The notes under the pieces were generated by a model that made no database searches, was not told the DNA's origin, and was given only the letters and a program-made list of their open reading frames with translations. This document shows, piece after piece, positions 11,921-22,613 of a stretch of DNA of 64,000 nt. The stretch is from an uncultured bacterium (lineage in GTDB: Bacteria; Abyssobacteria; SURF-5): NCBI GenBank assembly GCA_964607485.1, contig CAZSKP010000008.1:1-64000 (forward strand), read 5' to 3'. Position 1 is the stretch's first letter. Every line of letters begins with the position of its first letter. The position numbers and the translations under genes were made by a program.

Positions 11921-12751
11921 CTAGTTCTTCCAAGTATTACTTTTTCTCGCATTGACATTATATTTTTCTGCATTCCATCTCTCAACGACACCGAATTTCA
12001 GCTTATGCTGATTGTGAACAAGTGCAGAGTTATACAACTCCTCAAGCTCGTCATAGAGCCTGAAGTGAAATTTCTCTTTATAGTTTCGAAATGGGGTCTG
12101 ATTTGTGTATTGGTGGAATAATTCATGTTCTTTTTGGGTAGGTCCAATGACAAAAAACTGAACGGCGAATCTTCTCGGAATCTTCAATAGTCGATCCAAT
12201 CCCGACCTGATTCTCGTTGTGTGTTCGACCTCGAAAGCATATACAGGAAATAATCCATAATCATCTTCGTCGAACCACAGAGCGTCGATTTGCCTTATTT
12301 TCCCAACGTTTGGTCCCCGAAAGATGTCTGTGCAGTTGGAGACTGTCACGAAATCCTTTAGTGGTTTACCTTGGAAACTTCTAATGGTTTGGTCTTGGGG
12401 AGGAGCATACGTTTCATACCCATAGATCTTTCCAAGCGCCGACAGCATTCCCTGCGCTATTCCATGGTCAATTTCCGGCTCTTCTGTGAAATTCTGTCGG
12501 TCAGGCTTCACGAAGACCTCTTCCGTAAGTTTATAGATCCCGCTTCTTGGAGGCGGTATGGACTCAAAAAGCTTATACTGTCGCACAACACGTCTGATAG
12601 TATCCCGCCAAGTCGGATTGGTACGGGTCTTAGGATGTTCTGCAACAATCTTGTTAATCTCTGATAGATGACCTTGTCCGCCAAGTTCCAATAAGGCGTC
12701 TCTCACTACTTCTTTCCAAGTTACCTGTTTTTTCTCAGTTCCAGAATCCAT
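11921..12751 (-). CDS. Putative restriction-like endonuclease: N-terminal winged helix plus PD-(D/E)XK-like domain
   Basis: TWKEVVRDALLELGGQGHLSEI..WRDTIR winged helix; IDALWF..AFEVEHT catalytic-like motif. AT-rich; start could be 12775. Confidence 0.7.
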   Translation of the reverse strand: MDSGTEKKQVTWKEVVRDALLELGGQGHLSEINKIVAEHPKTRTNPTWRDTIRRVVRQYKLFESIPPPRSGIYKLTEEVFVKPDRQNFTEEPEIDHGIAQGMLSALGKIYGYETYAPPQDQTIRSFQGKPLKDFVTVSNCTDIFRGPNVGKIRQIDALWFDEDDYGLFPVYAFEVEHTTRIRSGLDRLLKIPRRFAVQFFVIGPTQKEHELFHQYTNQTPFRNYKEKFHFRLYDELEELYNSALVHNQHKLKFGVVERWNAEKYNVNARKSNTWKN

Positions 12752-12967
12752 ACCGCCCAGCAATCCAATCCTCAATCTGAAATCAAGTCATCATCACAGA
12801 TCCTGCGCTTCTTTTGTGGCCACAAAAATATCATATTCAAATCAGTTGAGTCAAGCACGATCATGAAGTTTCTGAATTCTTCAGTCTTTGAAAGCCTGCA
12901 TTAATTCAGCATAAAACTGCAATTTCTCATTTGTCGCCCCTTTCATAAGAGCGAACGAAGGCGGGAA

Positions 12968-12998
12968 AATCTGTGGGAATCTGCGAAATCTGCGGATA
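12968..12998. repeat. Right half of periodic palindromic repeat (AATCTG family)
   Basis: AATCTGTGGG AATCTGCGA AATCTGCGGATA. Confidence 0.75.
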
Positions 12999-13003
12999 GG
13001 GAT

Positions 13004-13651
13004 TCATTTTGTACTTTGTATCTTCTCGGCGGCTTTGCGAAGTTTGCTGGCGGTGAGCGCGCCGCAGATGGCGAGGTCTTCGGTGCGCAGGATCGAGTTG
13101 GCGGTCCTGTCGAACAGCACGTTCACCTCGGGCGGAAATTCGGAATCGCCGCGCCACACGACGACGGCGAGAGGAACCTTCGGGAAGACGGGAATCCGCA
13201 GGCCGACGTCGCCGATGTCGAGCGGTTCCGCGCCGAGCGGTCCGGCGGCGGGGGGGAGCAGGTCGGGCCGGTCGCCGAACGTATTCTTGAGCGGAGCCAG
13301 CGTCCTGTCGTTGAAAGAACCGAAATACGCGTCGCCGCCCTCGAACTCGCGGAAGGATGTCCACTCGCCCGCAAGCGGGTTCTCATCCACGCCGACGAGA
13401 TAGTGGAGTATCAACACGGACAGGAACGGATACACCTCCGACCCGCCTTCAAACAGCACCTTTCGCGCCGCCACGTCCACGAAGTAGCGGTCGGCGAGGA
13501 ACGGCACCGCGACCCGTCCGCCCGATTCGTCCAGCTCGACCAAACCGTGAGCGGCGACCGTTGCGGGCTCGCGCTGCTCCAGCGTCGCCCACGCAATCTC
13601 GCGGGCCGCCTCGTACGTGTTCTGCGGAGGACGCTTCATCGGCGGTGTCAT
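13004..13651 (-). CDS. DUF3786 domain protein
   Basis: W.SFREFEGG..Y and VFPKVPL..VVWRGDSEFPP.VNVLFD. Confidence 0.85.
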   Translation of the reverse strand: MTPPMKRPPQNTYEAAREIAWATLEQREPATVAAHGLVELDESGGRVAVPFLADRYFVDVAARKVLFEGGSEVYPFLSVLILHYLVGVDENPLAGEWTSFREFEGGDAYFGSFNDRTLAPLKNTFGDRPDLLPPAAGPLGAEPLDIGDVGLRIPVFPKVPLAVVVWRGDSEFPPEVNVLFDRTANSILRTEDLAICGALTASKLRKAAEKIQSTK

Positions 13652-14217
13652 CTTTTCTGGGCCTTGCGCTCCGTCCGTCTCTTGGCGATTCTGTATCCTG
13701 CCATGAGGGCGGCGCGGTTCTGGTCCTTTGTGTGGCTTGGCACCCGAGCGAGCATGGATTTTTTCAGACTTTCCAGCTTCACCACTTTGCCCACGGCCGC
13801 TATCGCGCCCAGCGCGACCATGTTCACGCTTAGAAGGCTTCCTATTTCGTCGCGCGCTATGTCGGTCATGGGGAATTGGTATTTGGATTTAGCTTTGTGG
13901 ATGCGGACATTGTTCGAGTCCACGATGAGGATGCCTCCTTCCTTGAGGGAGGCCTTGTTCTCATCGAATGCGCGCTGCGACAGTGCGACGAGAAGGTCGA
14001 GCTGGAGGCATTTGGGGTAATCGATTTCGGCGTCGCTGATGACGACATCCGTCTTGCTCGAGTCGCCGCGCGCCGCGGGGCCGTAGTCCTGCACCTGCGT
14101 CACGTATTTGCCCTCACCCAGCGCGGCGGCTTCGGCCAGGATGATTCCCGCCAGGATGATGCCCTGTCCGCCGGAGCCGCAGAGCCTGCATTCCTTCCTC
14201 GTATTCTGTCTGCTCAT
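13648..14217 (-). CDS. korC: 2-oxoacid:ferredoxin oxidoreductase gamma subunit
   Basis: GSGGQGIILAG, YGPAARG and NMVALGA; operon context. Confidence 0.9.
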   Translation of the reverse strand: MSRQNTRKECRLCGSGGQGIILAGIILAEAAALGEGKYVTQVQDYGPAARGDSSKTDVVISDAEIDYPKCLQLDLLVALSQRAFDENKASLKEGGILIVDSNNVRIHKAKSKYQFPMTDIARDEIGSLLSVNMVALGAIAAVGKVVKLESLKKSMLARVPSHTKDQNRAALMAGYRIAKRRTERKAQKR

Positions 14218-15068
14218 TTCCCCTTGTTTTTGCCGTTTCCTCTGACGGTCGCCACCATATCGTAATATTCGCTCACGAACTCCGGCGCCTCCCGGTCAAC
14301 GAAGACGCCCGTCAGGAACTTGCCGCCAAGGTCTTCCTTCGCGAGGTCCGTCTCGCTCGCCCATCGCTGGCGCACCTTGTCGAGCGACACCGCGTTGTCG
14401 CGCATCCACCTCATCATCTCGACCGGCCCGCCCATCTTGTTCAGGCGGCCGTATATGGTGGGACACTGACTGATGATTTCGACCAGCGAGAATCCCTTGT
14501 GCGCGAGAGCGGTCTTGATGAAGCGCTCGGTCTCCCGCGCGAAGTACGTCGTCCCGCGCGCGACAAACGTCGCCCCGGCTCCCGCCGCGAGATTGCAGAT
14601 GTCAAATGCATAGTCGATGTTGCCGTAAGGGACCGTGGTGGCGTATTCGCCCCGGGGTGTGGCGGGCGAGCACTGGCCTCCCGTCATCCCGTAGATGCGG
14701 TTGTTGAACACGATAGCCGTGATGTCTATGTTGCGCCTGCACGCATGGATGAAGTGGTTGCCCCCGATGGCGACGGCGTCTCCGTCGCCCATTATCGCGA
14801 TCACGTGGAGGTGCGGCTTGACGAGCTTGATGCCCGTCGCGAACGCAAGCGCCCGGCCGTGCGTCGTGTGGAGCGTGTTGAAATCGACGTACACGGGCGC
14901 GCGTGCGGCGCACCCGATTCCGGAGACAAGGATGACGTCGTTTCGCGAAAACTCGAGCGTGTCTATCGCGCGCACCAGCGCCGCGAGCCCGACTCCGTTG
15001 CCGCAGCCCGGACACCACATGTGCGGAAACTTCTTCGTCGAACGAATATATTTGTGCATGATCGACAT
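14214..15068 (-). CDS. korB: 2-oxoacid:ferredoxin oxidoreductase beta subunit (TPP-binding)
   Basis: WCPGCG, SGIGC, HGRA, GDGD..AIGGNH and YGMTGGQ. Confidence 0.93.
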   Translation of the reverse strand: MSIMHKYIRSTKKFPHMWCPGCGNGVGLAALVRAIDTLEFSRNDVILVSGIGCAARAPVYVDFNTLHTTHGRALAFATGIKLVKPHLHVIAIMGDGDAVAIGGNHFIHACRRNIDITAIVFNNRIYGMTGGQCSPATPRGEYATTVPYGNIDYAFDICNLAAGAGATFVARGTTYFARETERFIKTALAHKGFSLVEIISQCPTIYGRLNKMGGPVEMMRWMRDNAVSLDKVRQRWASETDLAKEDLGGKFLTGVFVDREAPEFVSEYYDMVATVRGNGKNKGK

Positions 15069-15074
15069 CGCCCG

Positions 15075-16238
15075 TCATTCCTCCTCGGTGAGGCGGCCGA
15101 CCACTTCGGCGGGAGTGATAAGCTCGCCGTCGTAGCGCGTGACGGAATTCACAACGGTCTTTCCGGCTACGATTCTCTCCACTTCATGAACGACCTGGCC
15201 GAGGTTCAATTCGACGACGATGAACCTCTTGACCGAAGGCGCATAGTGCGAGATCAGCCGGCGCGGAAAAGGCCAGACGGTTTTCGGGCGGATGAGGCCC
15301 ACCTTGATCCCCTGGTCGCGCGCGGCGTCCACGGCGGCCTTGCACGACCTCGCGGCGCTGCCGATTGCGACGAGTATGTGCTCGGCGTCTTCGCACCTGT
15401 ATTCCTCGCTCAGACATATGTCGTGTCGGTTCAATTCGATCTTGTCCCTGAGCCGGGTGAGCAGCGACTTCGTCTCGTCCGGGCGCATGGTCGGGAACCC
15501 CCACTGATCGTGCGTGAGCCCGGTCACGTGGTAGCGATAGCCGCTGCCGAAATCGGCCATCGGCGGCACGAGGTCGGACGTCATTTCGTACGGTTGATAC
15601 GCGTGGGCGGGAACGTCGGGCCGCTTCCGCTCGACGGGTTTGACGCCGGATTTCTTGGGAATCCTCACCTTTTCGCGCATGTGGCCGATGACTTCGTCCA
15701 GAAGCAGAATGACGGGCGTGCGGTACTTCTCGGAGAAATCGAAGGCGGTGACGGTGAGGCTCAGCGTTTCCGCGACCGACCAGGGGGCCAGCGCGATGAT
15801 CGGGTGGTCGCCGTGGGTGCCCCACCGGGCCTGCATGATGTCGCCCTGGCTGACGGAGGTGGGAAGCCCCGTGCTCGGTCCTCCTCTCATCACATCGACC
15901 ACCACGCACGGAATCTCGGTAAACGAGGCGAACCCGAGGTTCTCCTGTTTCAGGGAGAAGCCCGGGCCCGACGTGGCCGTCATTGCCTTGGCGCCCGCCA
16001 GCGATGCGCCGATGACCGCGCCCATGCTCGCGATCTCATCTTCCATCTGGACGAAAACGCCGCCGCGGCGGGGAAGCTCGCGGGCCATCAATTCAGCGAT
16101 CTCGGTCGAGGGCGTAATCGGATAGCCTGCGAAAAACGTGACTCCCGCCAGGAGCGCTCCGTGCACGCACGCTTCGTTGCCCTGCAGGAGTCTCACATCA
16201 CCGTCGGTTCTCTTGTCGGCTTTCGGTTTCTTCCCCAT
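15075..16238 (-). CDS. korA: 2-oxoacid:ferredoxin oxidoreductase alpha subunit
   Basis: GYPITPSTEI, QMEDEIAS, TATSGPGFSL and RGGPSTG. Confidence 0.93.
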   Translation of the reverse strand: MGKKPKADKRTDGDVRLLQGNEACVHGALLAGVTFFAGYPITPSTEIAELMARELPRRGGVFVQMEDEIASMGAVIGASLAGAKAMTATSGPGFSLKQENLGFASFTEIPCVVVDVMRGGPSTGLPTSVSQGDIMQARWGTHGDHPIIALAPWSVAETLSLTVTAFDFSEKYRTPVILLLDEVIGHMREKVRIPKKSGVKPVERKRPDVPAHAYQPYEMTSDLVPPMADFGSGYRYHVTGLTHDQWGFPTMRPDETKSLLTRLRDKIELNRHDICLSEEYRCEDAEHILVAIGSAARSCKAAVDAARDQGIKVGLIRPKTVWPFPRRLISHYAPSVKRFIVVELNLGQVVHEVERIVAGKTVVNSVTRYDGELITPAEVVGRLTEEE

Positions 16239-16320
16239 TATTCTTTCCCGGGGCGGTCAGGGGTAAAGATAGTCTGACGAGCGAATGCCGTCGCCCGCAC
16301 CGGAACAACCCCGCGAGCGT

Positions 16321-16563
16321 TCACTCGCTGAGGATGAACTCCTCGATGAGTTTCCTCTTGGCTTCTTCGTCGTCCACTATGGCGTAGTCGGGGCACTGGA
16401 TCACGCACAGCCCACACTGGACGCAATGGTCAACATGTTCCGGATGGGGGTAGCCTTCTTTATCCATCTCGAATACTTCCTTCGGGCAGAACTCTTTGCA
16501 CAGGCCGCAGCGCTTGCACCATTTCTTGTTCACCCAGATGAACGGTCTTTTCTTCTTCTTCAT
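16321..16563 (-). CDS. korD: 2x[4Fe-4S] ferredoxin (delta subunit)
   Basis: Two CxxCxxCxxxCP motifs. Confidence 0.88.
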   Translation of the reverse strand: MKKKKRPFIWVNKKWCKRCGLCKEFCPKEVFEMDKEGYPHPEHVDHCVQCGLCVIQCPDYAIVDDEEAKRKLIEEFILSE

Positions 16564-16573
16564 GAGACTTTCT

Positions 16574-17278
16574 CTACGTTTTCGACCCGCGGTTCGCAGC
16601 CTTCTCGAGGCGCCGGATGTCGCGGACGATTATCTGTCCCCGTCGAAAATCTATCAGTCCCTTGTCCCTGAACTGATTCAAAGTTGTCGTCGTGGTCTCC
16701 CGCGTCGAGCCGATGAGTCCCGCGAGGTCCTGATGCGTTATCTTCATCTCGATGACGTGCTCGCCCGACTCCGTCTTCTCGCCGTAGTCGTGCGCCAGGT
16801 CAACGAGCAGGCTGGCCAGCCTTTGGGCCACGTCCTTGAAGACGAGGTCGCTCAGTTTCTGTTCAAGGGTGCGTATTCTCTCGCCCACGTGTTTCCCCAA
16901 TGCGGTCACCAGCGCGGGGTCTTCGGCCATGAACTTCGCGAGGTCGGAGCATTTGACGGTGAAGATTTCGGCGTCTTCGAGAGCGGTGGCGAGAGTGCTG
17001 TGCGGGCCCTCGTCGAACAGGCAAAGCTCGCCGAACACGTCGCCCTTTCCCAGGACGCAGAGCACGAGCTCCTTGCCCTCGGGCGATACCTGCGTGAGCT
17101 TCACCCTGCCGCTCAGCACCGCATAGAGCCTCGCGCGCGGGTCGGAAGGCATGTAGATAACCTGCTTCTCCGCAAATCGATGAAGGGCGACGAGCGGCGT
17201 AAGCTGCTGAAGGTGCTCGCCGCTGAGCTCCTTGAAAATATCGACCTTCTTCATGAGGTCGACCTTCTTTGTGTCCAT
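16574..17278 (-). CDS. Crp/Fnr family transcriptional regulator
   Basis: cNMP domain plus HTH ITHQDLAGLIGSTRET. Confidence 0.92.
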   Translation of the reverse strand: MDTKKVDLMKKVDIFKELSGEHLQQLTPLVALHRFAEKQVIYMPSDPRARLYAVLSGRVKLTQVSPEGKELVLCVLGKGDVFGELCLFDEGPHSTLATALEDAEIFTVKCSDLAKFMAEDPALVTALGKHVGERIRTLEQKLSDLVFKDVAQRLASLLVDLAHDYGEKTESGEHVIEMKITHQDLAGLIGSTRETTTTTLNQFRDKGLIDFRRGQIIVRDIRRLEKAANRGSKT

Positions 17279-17302
17279 CCCTCCGGATTTCCTCCGCCAA
17301 TG

Positions 17303-18331
17303 TTACCGCGGGAATATCTTTCCGAAGACGTCGAGAGCTTCCTCTATATCCCCGGCGGAAACGTCGAGATGTGTGACCGCGCGGATGAGCGTGAATCCCA
17401 TCGGGTCGATGAGCACCCCGCGCTCGCGCGCCTCGTTCATCGCTTCGAGCGCGTTCGCGTCGGCCCCGGCGACGTCGAAATACACCAGGTTCGTTTCGAC
17501 GGGCTCGTTGAGCACACGCACGCCGTCGAGCCCCGCCAGCCCTTCGGCGAGGCGTCGCGCATTTTGGTGGTCCTCGGCGAGCCGTTCGATGTTGTTGTCG
17601 AGGGCGTACATGGCCGCCGCGGCCAGTATGCCCACCTGCCTCATCCCTCCGCCGAGCATCTTGCGGTACCGGTGCGCCCGTTGGATGAACTCGGCGCTGC
17701 CCGTGATTATCGAGCCCGCCGGCGCGCCCAGCCCTTTCGAAAAGCAAAAGGAGAGCGAATCGACCTGCTTGGCATATTCCTCGGGCGGGATGTCGGCCGC
17801 GACGCATGCGTTGAACAGCCGCGCGCCGTCCATGTGCACGGCGAGGCCGTAGTTCAACGCGACGTTCCTTATCGCCTTCACCTTTTCGAGCGGAAACACG
17901 GTGCCGCCGCCCTTGTTGTGAGTGTTCTCGAGGCACACGAGCCTTGTGGGCGCAAAGTGCACGTCGGGAAACCTGATCGATTGCTCGACCTGCTCGGCCT
18001 CCATGATTCCCCGCTCGCCGTCGACCACGAACGGCTGGACTCCCGCGAGCGCCGCCAGTCCGCCGGCCTCGTGGTTGAAGATGTGCGAGCCGCGTTCGAG
18101 GATTACCTCGTCGCCCGGCCGCGTGTGCGCGAGCAGCGAGGTCAGGTTGGCCATCGTGCCCGACGCCACGAACAGCGCGGCCTCCTTGCCGAGCATAGTG
18201 GCGACCCGCTCCTGCAGCCGGTTGACCGTCGGGTCCTCACCATGGACGTCGTCGCCCACTTCTGCCTCGGCCATGGCGCGGCGCATGCCGGCCGAGGGTT
18301 TCGTCACCGTGTCACTGCGAAGGTCGATCAT
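17303..18331 (-). CDS. ltaE: Low-specificity L-threonine aldolase
   Basis: [29 protein letters not shown] and GGGMRQVG. Confidence 0.93.
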   Translation of the reverse strand: MIDLRSDTVTKPSAGMRRAMAEAEVGDDVHGEDPTVNRLQERVATMLGKEAALFVASGTMANLTSLLAHTRPGDEVILERGSHIFNHEAGGLAALAGVQPFVVDGERGIMEAEQVEQSIRFPDVHFAPTRLVCLENTHNKGGGTVFPLEKVKAIRNVALNYGLAVHMDGARLFNACVAADIPPEEYAKQVDSLSFCFSKGLGAPAGSIITGSAEFIQRAHRYRKMLGGGMRQVGILAAAAMYALDNNIERLAEDHQNARRLAEGLAGLDGVRVLNEPVETNLVYFDVAGADANALEAMNEARERGVLIDPMGFTLIRAVTHLDVSAGDIEEALDVFGKIFPR

Positions 18332-19139
18332 TTTCTTTCTGCGCTTTCGAGCGTTCCCACAGCTCATCCATCTCGGCGAGCGTCGCCTCGTCAGCCGATT
18401 TGCCCGCCCGGCCGAGTTCCGACTCTATGTACTTGAATCGCGCGATAAACTTGTCTATCGTTCCGCCGAGGAGCGATTCGGCGTCCATCTTGGCGAAGCG
18501 TGCGAGGTTCACGCATGAGAACAGCAGGTCGCCCAGCTCTTTGCCCGCCTCGCTCGCGTCGCCGGCGGCGAGTGCCTCGCGCAGTTCGGCCGTTTCCTCT
18601 TCGATTTTTTCCAGTATCCCGTCACGGTCGGGCCAGTCGAACCCGACCTCGGCGGCCGCTTTCTGCACATGGTCTGCGCGTTTGAGGGCGGAATAGAAGG
18701 GCGGGAGATTATCCATCAGCGATTTTGGCCGTTCGTCCTTCTCATTCGCCTTGATTTTTTCCCATTGACCGATAATCTCCTCGACGGCGCCCGCGCTGCT
18801 CGTCGAGAACACGTGGGGGTGTCGGCGAATCATCTTCGCCTCGATGGCGCGCAACGCTTCCTCCGTCTTGAAGTCGCCCGCTCCCTCGGCGATGGCGGCG
18901 AACATGAACAGGATGAACACCACGTCGCCCCATTCCTCGATTGTTCCGTTGGGGTCGTTTCTCCCGACGGCTTCCGCGAGTTCGGACGTCTCTTCGCGCA
19001 GGTATTTCAGAATGCTCTCGAGCCCCTGTGCTCTATCCCATGGGCAGCCGTGTTTGCCCCGCAGGTAGTGCGCCAGTTCGTAAAGAGCGGCGAATGCGCC
19101 GGCGATGGGTGGAGTGCGGTCGGGCGGATAATCCGTCAT
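18312..19139 (-). CDS. mazG: Nucleoside triphosphate pyrophosphohydrolase MazG
   Basis: [20 protein letters not shown] and ELGDLLFS. Confidence 0.93.
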   Translation of the reverse strand: MTDYPPDRTPPIAGAFAALYELAHYLRGKHGCPWDRAQGLESILKYLREETSELAEAVGRNDPNGTIEEWGDVVFILFMFAAIAEGAGDFKTEEALRAIEAKMIRRHPHVFSTSSAGAVEEIIGQWEKIKANEKDERPKSLMDNLPPFYSALKRADHVQKAAAEVGFDWPDRDGILEKIEEETAELREALAAGDASEAGKELGDLLFSCVNLARFAKMDAESLLGGTIDKFIARFKYIESELGRAGKSADEATLAEMDELWERSKAQKENDRPSQ

Positions 19140-19220
19140 GGGTTTGTCGTTACTCCGGAGACGAAATGGGGGCTGCTGGTTGGAGATGGTTCGCGTCCGC
19201 ACCACGCAGCCCCGTTCGGT

Positions 19221-19628
19221 TTATTCATAGTGTCCGGGGACGAGAATCCGTTTCTCGTATCTCGACCCGTCGGGCGCCGTATAGACACGAGTTTCTTCGT
19301 GCTCTGGAACCCACCTGCGGCCCTCGGCGTTGTAATCGCCTTCGTAGTAGTCGCCGCCGCCGTAATACTCGCCTTCAGACTGATAAGCAGGCGGTGGCGG
19401 CTGGCGGCTCTTGTCTATCTCATGGCCGATTAAGCCGCCGCTAATGGCGCCGACGGCACCACCGATGAGCGCGCCCTCGCCGCCATGGCCCGACTGGTGG
19501 CCGATGATGGCTCCCGTTCCTGCTCCTATTGCGCCGCCCGCGACCGCGCCCTGTTGAGTGGTTGTGCAGCCAACCATCAGGCCCGTCAGCAACAGCGCGA
19601 GGAGCGTCAGTACGACTCTATCTTTCAT
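19221..19628 (-). CDS. Glycine-zipper lipoprotein
   Basis: Signal peptide with lipobox MVGC and a GAVAGGAIGAGTGAIIG glycine zipper. Confidence 0.82.
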   Translation of the reverse strand: MKDRVVLTLLALLLTGLMVGCTTTQQGAVAGGAIGAGTGAIIGHQSGHGGEGALIGGAVGAISGGLIGHEIDKSRQPPPPAYQSEGEYYGGGDYYEGDYNAEGRRWVPEHEETRVYTAPDGSRYEKRILVPGHYE

Positions 19629-19671
19629 TTCGCTTCCCTCCTCTAAGAGAAGTTTAACAAAAATTCTCTTT

Positions 19672-20925
19672 CTATGTGATATAAGCTTCCGCGCCAAGCG
19701 AGCGAATGACTTCGTCGATTGTGGTGCGTCCGTCTTTCACCTTGCGGAGCCCGACTTGAAACAGAGGGATCATTCCTTCCACCCGGGCGGTCTTGTTCAG
19801 CTCCTTGGTGCTTGCCTTCGCGATGATTGCGGTCCGGAGCTTGTCGCCTACCGCGAGCAGCTCGGCGATTACCGTGCGGCCAGAGTAGCCCGTGTGGTTG
19901 CACCTCTCGCAGCCCGAACCTTTGAGCAGCCGAACGTTGTCGGAGCCGAACCATCTCTTCAGCGCTTCCTCCATGTATTCGGGCGGCTCGTAGGCGACTC
20001 TGCATTTTGGGCATATTATTCGGACCAGCCTCTGGGCCACGACCGCCGTTATCGACGAGGCGACGACGAACGGCTCGATGCCCATGTCGAGAATTCTCGT
20101 TATCACTTCGGCAGCCGTTCCGCTGTGAACGGTCGTGAGCACCAGGTGGCCCGTGAGCCCGGCTCTCATCGCTATCTCGCAGGTCTCCGGGTCGCGGATC
20201 TCGCCGACCATTATCGCCTCCGGGTCCTGCCTGAGCACGGCGCGCAGGCACTCTGCGAACGTCAGCCCCAGCTTGCGTTTCACCTCCATCTGGGGGAAGA
20301 GCCCGAAGTTTACCTCGACGGGGTCCTCGATTGTCAGGATGCTCGCGCACTCGCTCTTCAGCTTGCTGAGTTTTTGCAGGGCCGCGTAGAGAGTTGTCGT
20401 CTTCCCGCTCCCGGTCGGTCCGGCGACGATTATCGAGCCCTGGAGGCTCAGCAGTACTTCCTCGAACTTCTTCTGTGTTTCCGGGTAGAAGCCCAGCTTG
20501 TCCAAGTCAAAGACGAACCGGGTCGAATCGAATACCCTGACGACCGCTTTTTCTCCCGTCACGGTCGGGATGGTGCTGATCCTGAAGTCCACCCGCTTGT
20601 TTCCCATCGCCATAGAAATCCGCCCGTCCTGCGGTTGTCTCTTCTCGTGCGCGTTCAATTCCGCCATCACTTTCAACCGCGCGATAAGCTTGTCGTGGTG
20701 TTCCGCCGGCAGCGTCAGGACATCTCGGAAGAACCCGTCGATTCTGTACCTGACACGCAACATGTCCCTGTAAGATTCGAAGTGAATGTCGCTTGCCTTG
20801 TGTCTCGTTCCCTGTTCGATAACGACGTCCACGACTTGGCTTATCTCGGCGTTCTCGTTCACGAGCTTGTGGACGAGCACCCTCTGGATGTCAGAAAGTT
20901 CCAGCTTCCCATCGGGCATCTTCAT
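19672..20925 (-). CDS. GspE/PilB family secretion or pilus assembly ATPase
   Basis: ASDIHFE, PQDGRI, GPTGSGKTTTLY, LRQDPE..GEIRD and tetracysteine motifs. Confidence 0.92.
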   Translation of the reverse strand: MKMPDGKLELSDIQRVLVHKLVNENAEISQVVDVVIEQGTRHKASDIHFESYRDMLRVRYRIDGFFRDVLTLPAEHHDKLIARLKVMAELNAHEKRQPQDGRISMAMGNKRVDFRISTIPTVTGEKAVVRVFDSTRFVFDLDKLGFYPETQKKFEEVLLSLQGSIIVAGPTGSGKTTTLYAALQKLSKLKSECASILTIEDPVEVNFGLFPQMEVKRKLGLTFAECLRAVLRQDPEAIMVGEIRDPETCEIAMRAGLTGHLVLTTVHSGTAAEVITRILDMGIEPFVVASSITAVVAQRLVRIICPKCRVAYEPPEYMEEALKRWFGSDNVRLLKGSGCERCNHTGYSGRTVIAELLAVGDKLRTAIIAKASTKELNKTARVEGMIPLFQVGLRKVKDGRTTIDEVIRSLGAEAYIT

Positions 20926-21065
20926 GATAGTTCCCGTTTCATATTAGACGCCGTGAGTCCCCCGGTTCATTCAATTATACTCGCTATTTTAGGAACATTC
21001 TACCACAAAGCCCATCGGGTGTCAAAATGCGGCAAGTGCTTCTGCTACAAGCTCTTTGGGATGTT

Positions 21066-22376
21066 CTACAGGCACATGCTGGCGACGACATGAAACATCG
21101 TGCGCAGGCCGAAGGAGAGGTTCTCGACCGAGACCTTTTCGTTGTCCCCATGAATCGTTGCGATGTCGTCTTTGTTGAAAATCATCGGCACGAATCCATA
21201 GGCGGGCACGCCCTTTGCTCTGAGCAGGCGCGAATCCGTGCCGCCGGGCATGATGAAGGAAGTGACGACGCTTTCCGGACGGTTCGATGTGACCACACGC
21301 TCGATTGTCGAGAAGAGTTCGGTGTCGATGGGCGATTCCGTCGCGTCGTTGAATATCTCGAAGTCGAGCCGTACCTTGTCTGAATCCACAAGCCCGAGGA
21401 TGGTATCCTCCAGCTTCGCGCGCGTCACTCCGGGCAGGATGCGGCAGTCGAGCATCAATTCGCAGTCGTCGGGGATGATGTTCACCTTCACGCCGCCCTT
21501 TATTGCCGTCGGAGTTATCGTCGTCTGCACCATGAATCTGATGCGGTCATCATTCGAGAGCGCCAGAAGAAGCCTGCCGAGGATGGGGATGTCGAGAAAT
21601 TTGAGAAGATTCGCGCGCGCGTCGAGCTTGGCGGAGGCTCTGGCGAAGTTTCGGAACGTGTCTGTCACGACTATTTCCGGCCGGTAGTGCGAGATGTTCC
21701 GTATCGCGCGAGCCATATGGAGTACGGCATTGTCGGAGTGCGGCAGCGAGCCGTGGCCGGAGCGGCCCGTGGCGGTCAGCTTTGCCCACGTCATTCCCTT
21801 TTCCGCGTTCGCGCAGAGGAACATCGGTTTGCCCCCGACGTCCATTCCGAACCCGCCCTCGTTCAGCGCGAATTCGGCCTCTATTTTGTCGAAGTGATTA
21901 TCGACCATCCATTCGGCCCCGTACTTGCCCCCGGCCTCCTCATCGGCGTTTGCCATGAAGATGATGTCTCGCTTCAGCGGGTCGCCGCGCCGCTTCAGGA
22001 GAAACATCGCGAGCAGGTGCATCACGGTGAGCCCCTTCGTGTCGAGGGTGCCTCTGCCCCATATCACACCGTCCCGGATTTCCCCCGAAAACGGCGGAAC
22101 CGTCCACCGGGAACTCTCGGCGTGGACGACGTCGAGGTGAGACATCAGGAGCAGGGGCTTTTTGGAGCCGTCGCCCCGAAGGCGTGCGATGACGTTGCCC
22201 CTGCCCGGCGTCGATTCCAGCACCAGCGGCTCGACACCTTCGCTCGACAGCAGCTCCGCCAGGTGCTTGGCGCATTCGAGCTCGTTGCCCGGAGGATTGG
22301 TGGTGTCGAACTTCACAAGGTCAACGAGGTATCGGGTCGCTTCTTCGGTCGCGGCTTTCCAGTCGATGTCGTTCAC
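21066..22376 (-). CDS. M20/M25/M40 family metallopeptidase
   Basis: SHLDVV, GRGTLDTKG, DEEAGG and HGDNE. Confidence 0.9.
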   Translation of the reverse strand: MNDIDWKAATEEATRYLVDLVKFDTTNPPGNELECAKHLAELLSSEGVEPLVLESTPGRGNVIARLRGDGSKKPLLLMSHLDVVHAESSRWTVPPFSGEIRDGVIWGRGTLDTKGLTVMHLLAMFLLKRRGDPLKRDIIFMANADEEAGGKYGAEWMVDNHFDKIEAEFALNEGGFGMDVGGKPMFLCANAEKGMTWAKLTATGRSGHGSLPHSDNAVLHMARAIRNISHYRPEIVVTDTFRNFARASAKLDARANLLKFLDIPILGRLLLALSNDDRIRFMVQTTITPTAIKGGVKVNIIPDDCELMLDCRILPGVTRAKLEDTILGLVDSDKVRLDFEIFNDATESPIDTELFSTIERVVTSNRPESVVTSFIMPGGTDSRLLRAKGVPAYGFVPMIFNKDDIATIHGDNEKVSVENLSFGLRTMFHVVASMCL

Positions 22377-22454
22377 GACGGCTCCTTGTAATTGGGGTGA
22401 GGTTTATGGGGTCCGCTGTCCACTTAGGTTCTTGTTTCATGAGTCCATCGGAAA

Positions 22455-22562
22455 TGTCATTCTGAGGAGCGAAGAGTCGCAGACCCGGGCGACGAAGAAT
22501 CTCTCATTTTTCCGGAAAATTTCACCTCACAACAGAGATTCTTCGCTGAGCTCAGAATGACA
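22455..22562. repeat. GTCAT...ATGAC composite palindromic repeat
   Basis: Outer arms TGTCATTCTGAG / CTCAGAATGACA and inner arms CGAAGAATCTCT / AGAGATTCTTCG. Confidence 0.8.
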
Positions 22563-22613
22563 ATCGGTGACCGCCATTCGGGCAACACGCCGTGTGGACC
22601 TGACCCTTACAGC

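Noticed and set aside
19672-20925. Orphan GspE/PilB as the sign of a new secretion system
   Set aside because: No pilin, platform or secretin genes adjacent; dispersed PilB paralogs are common.
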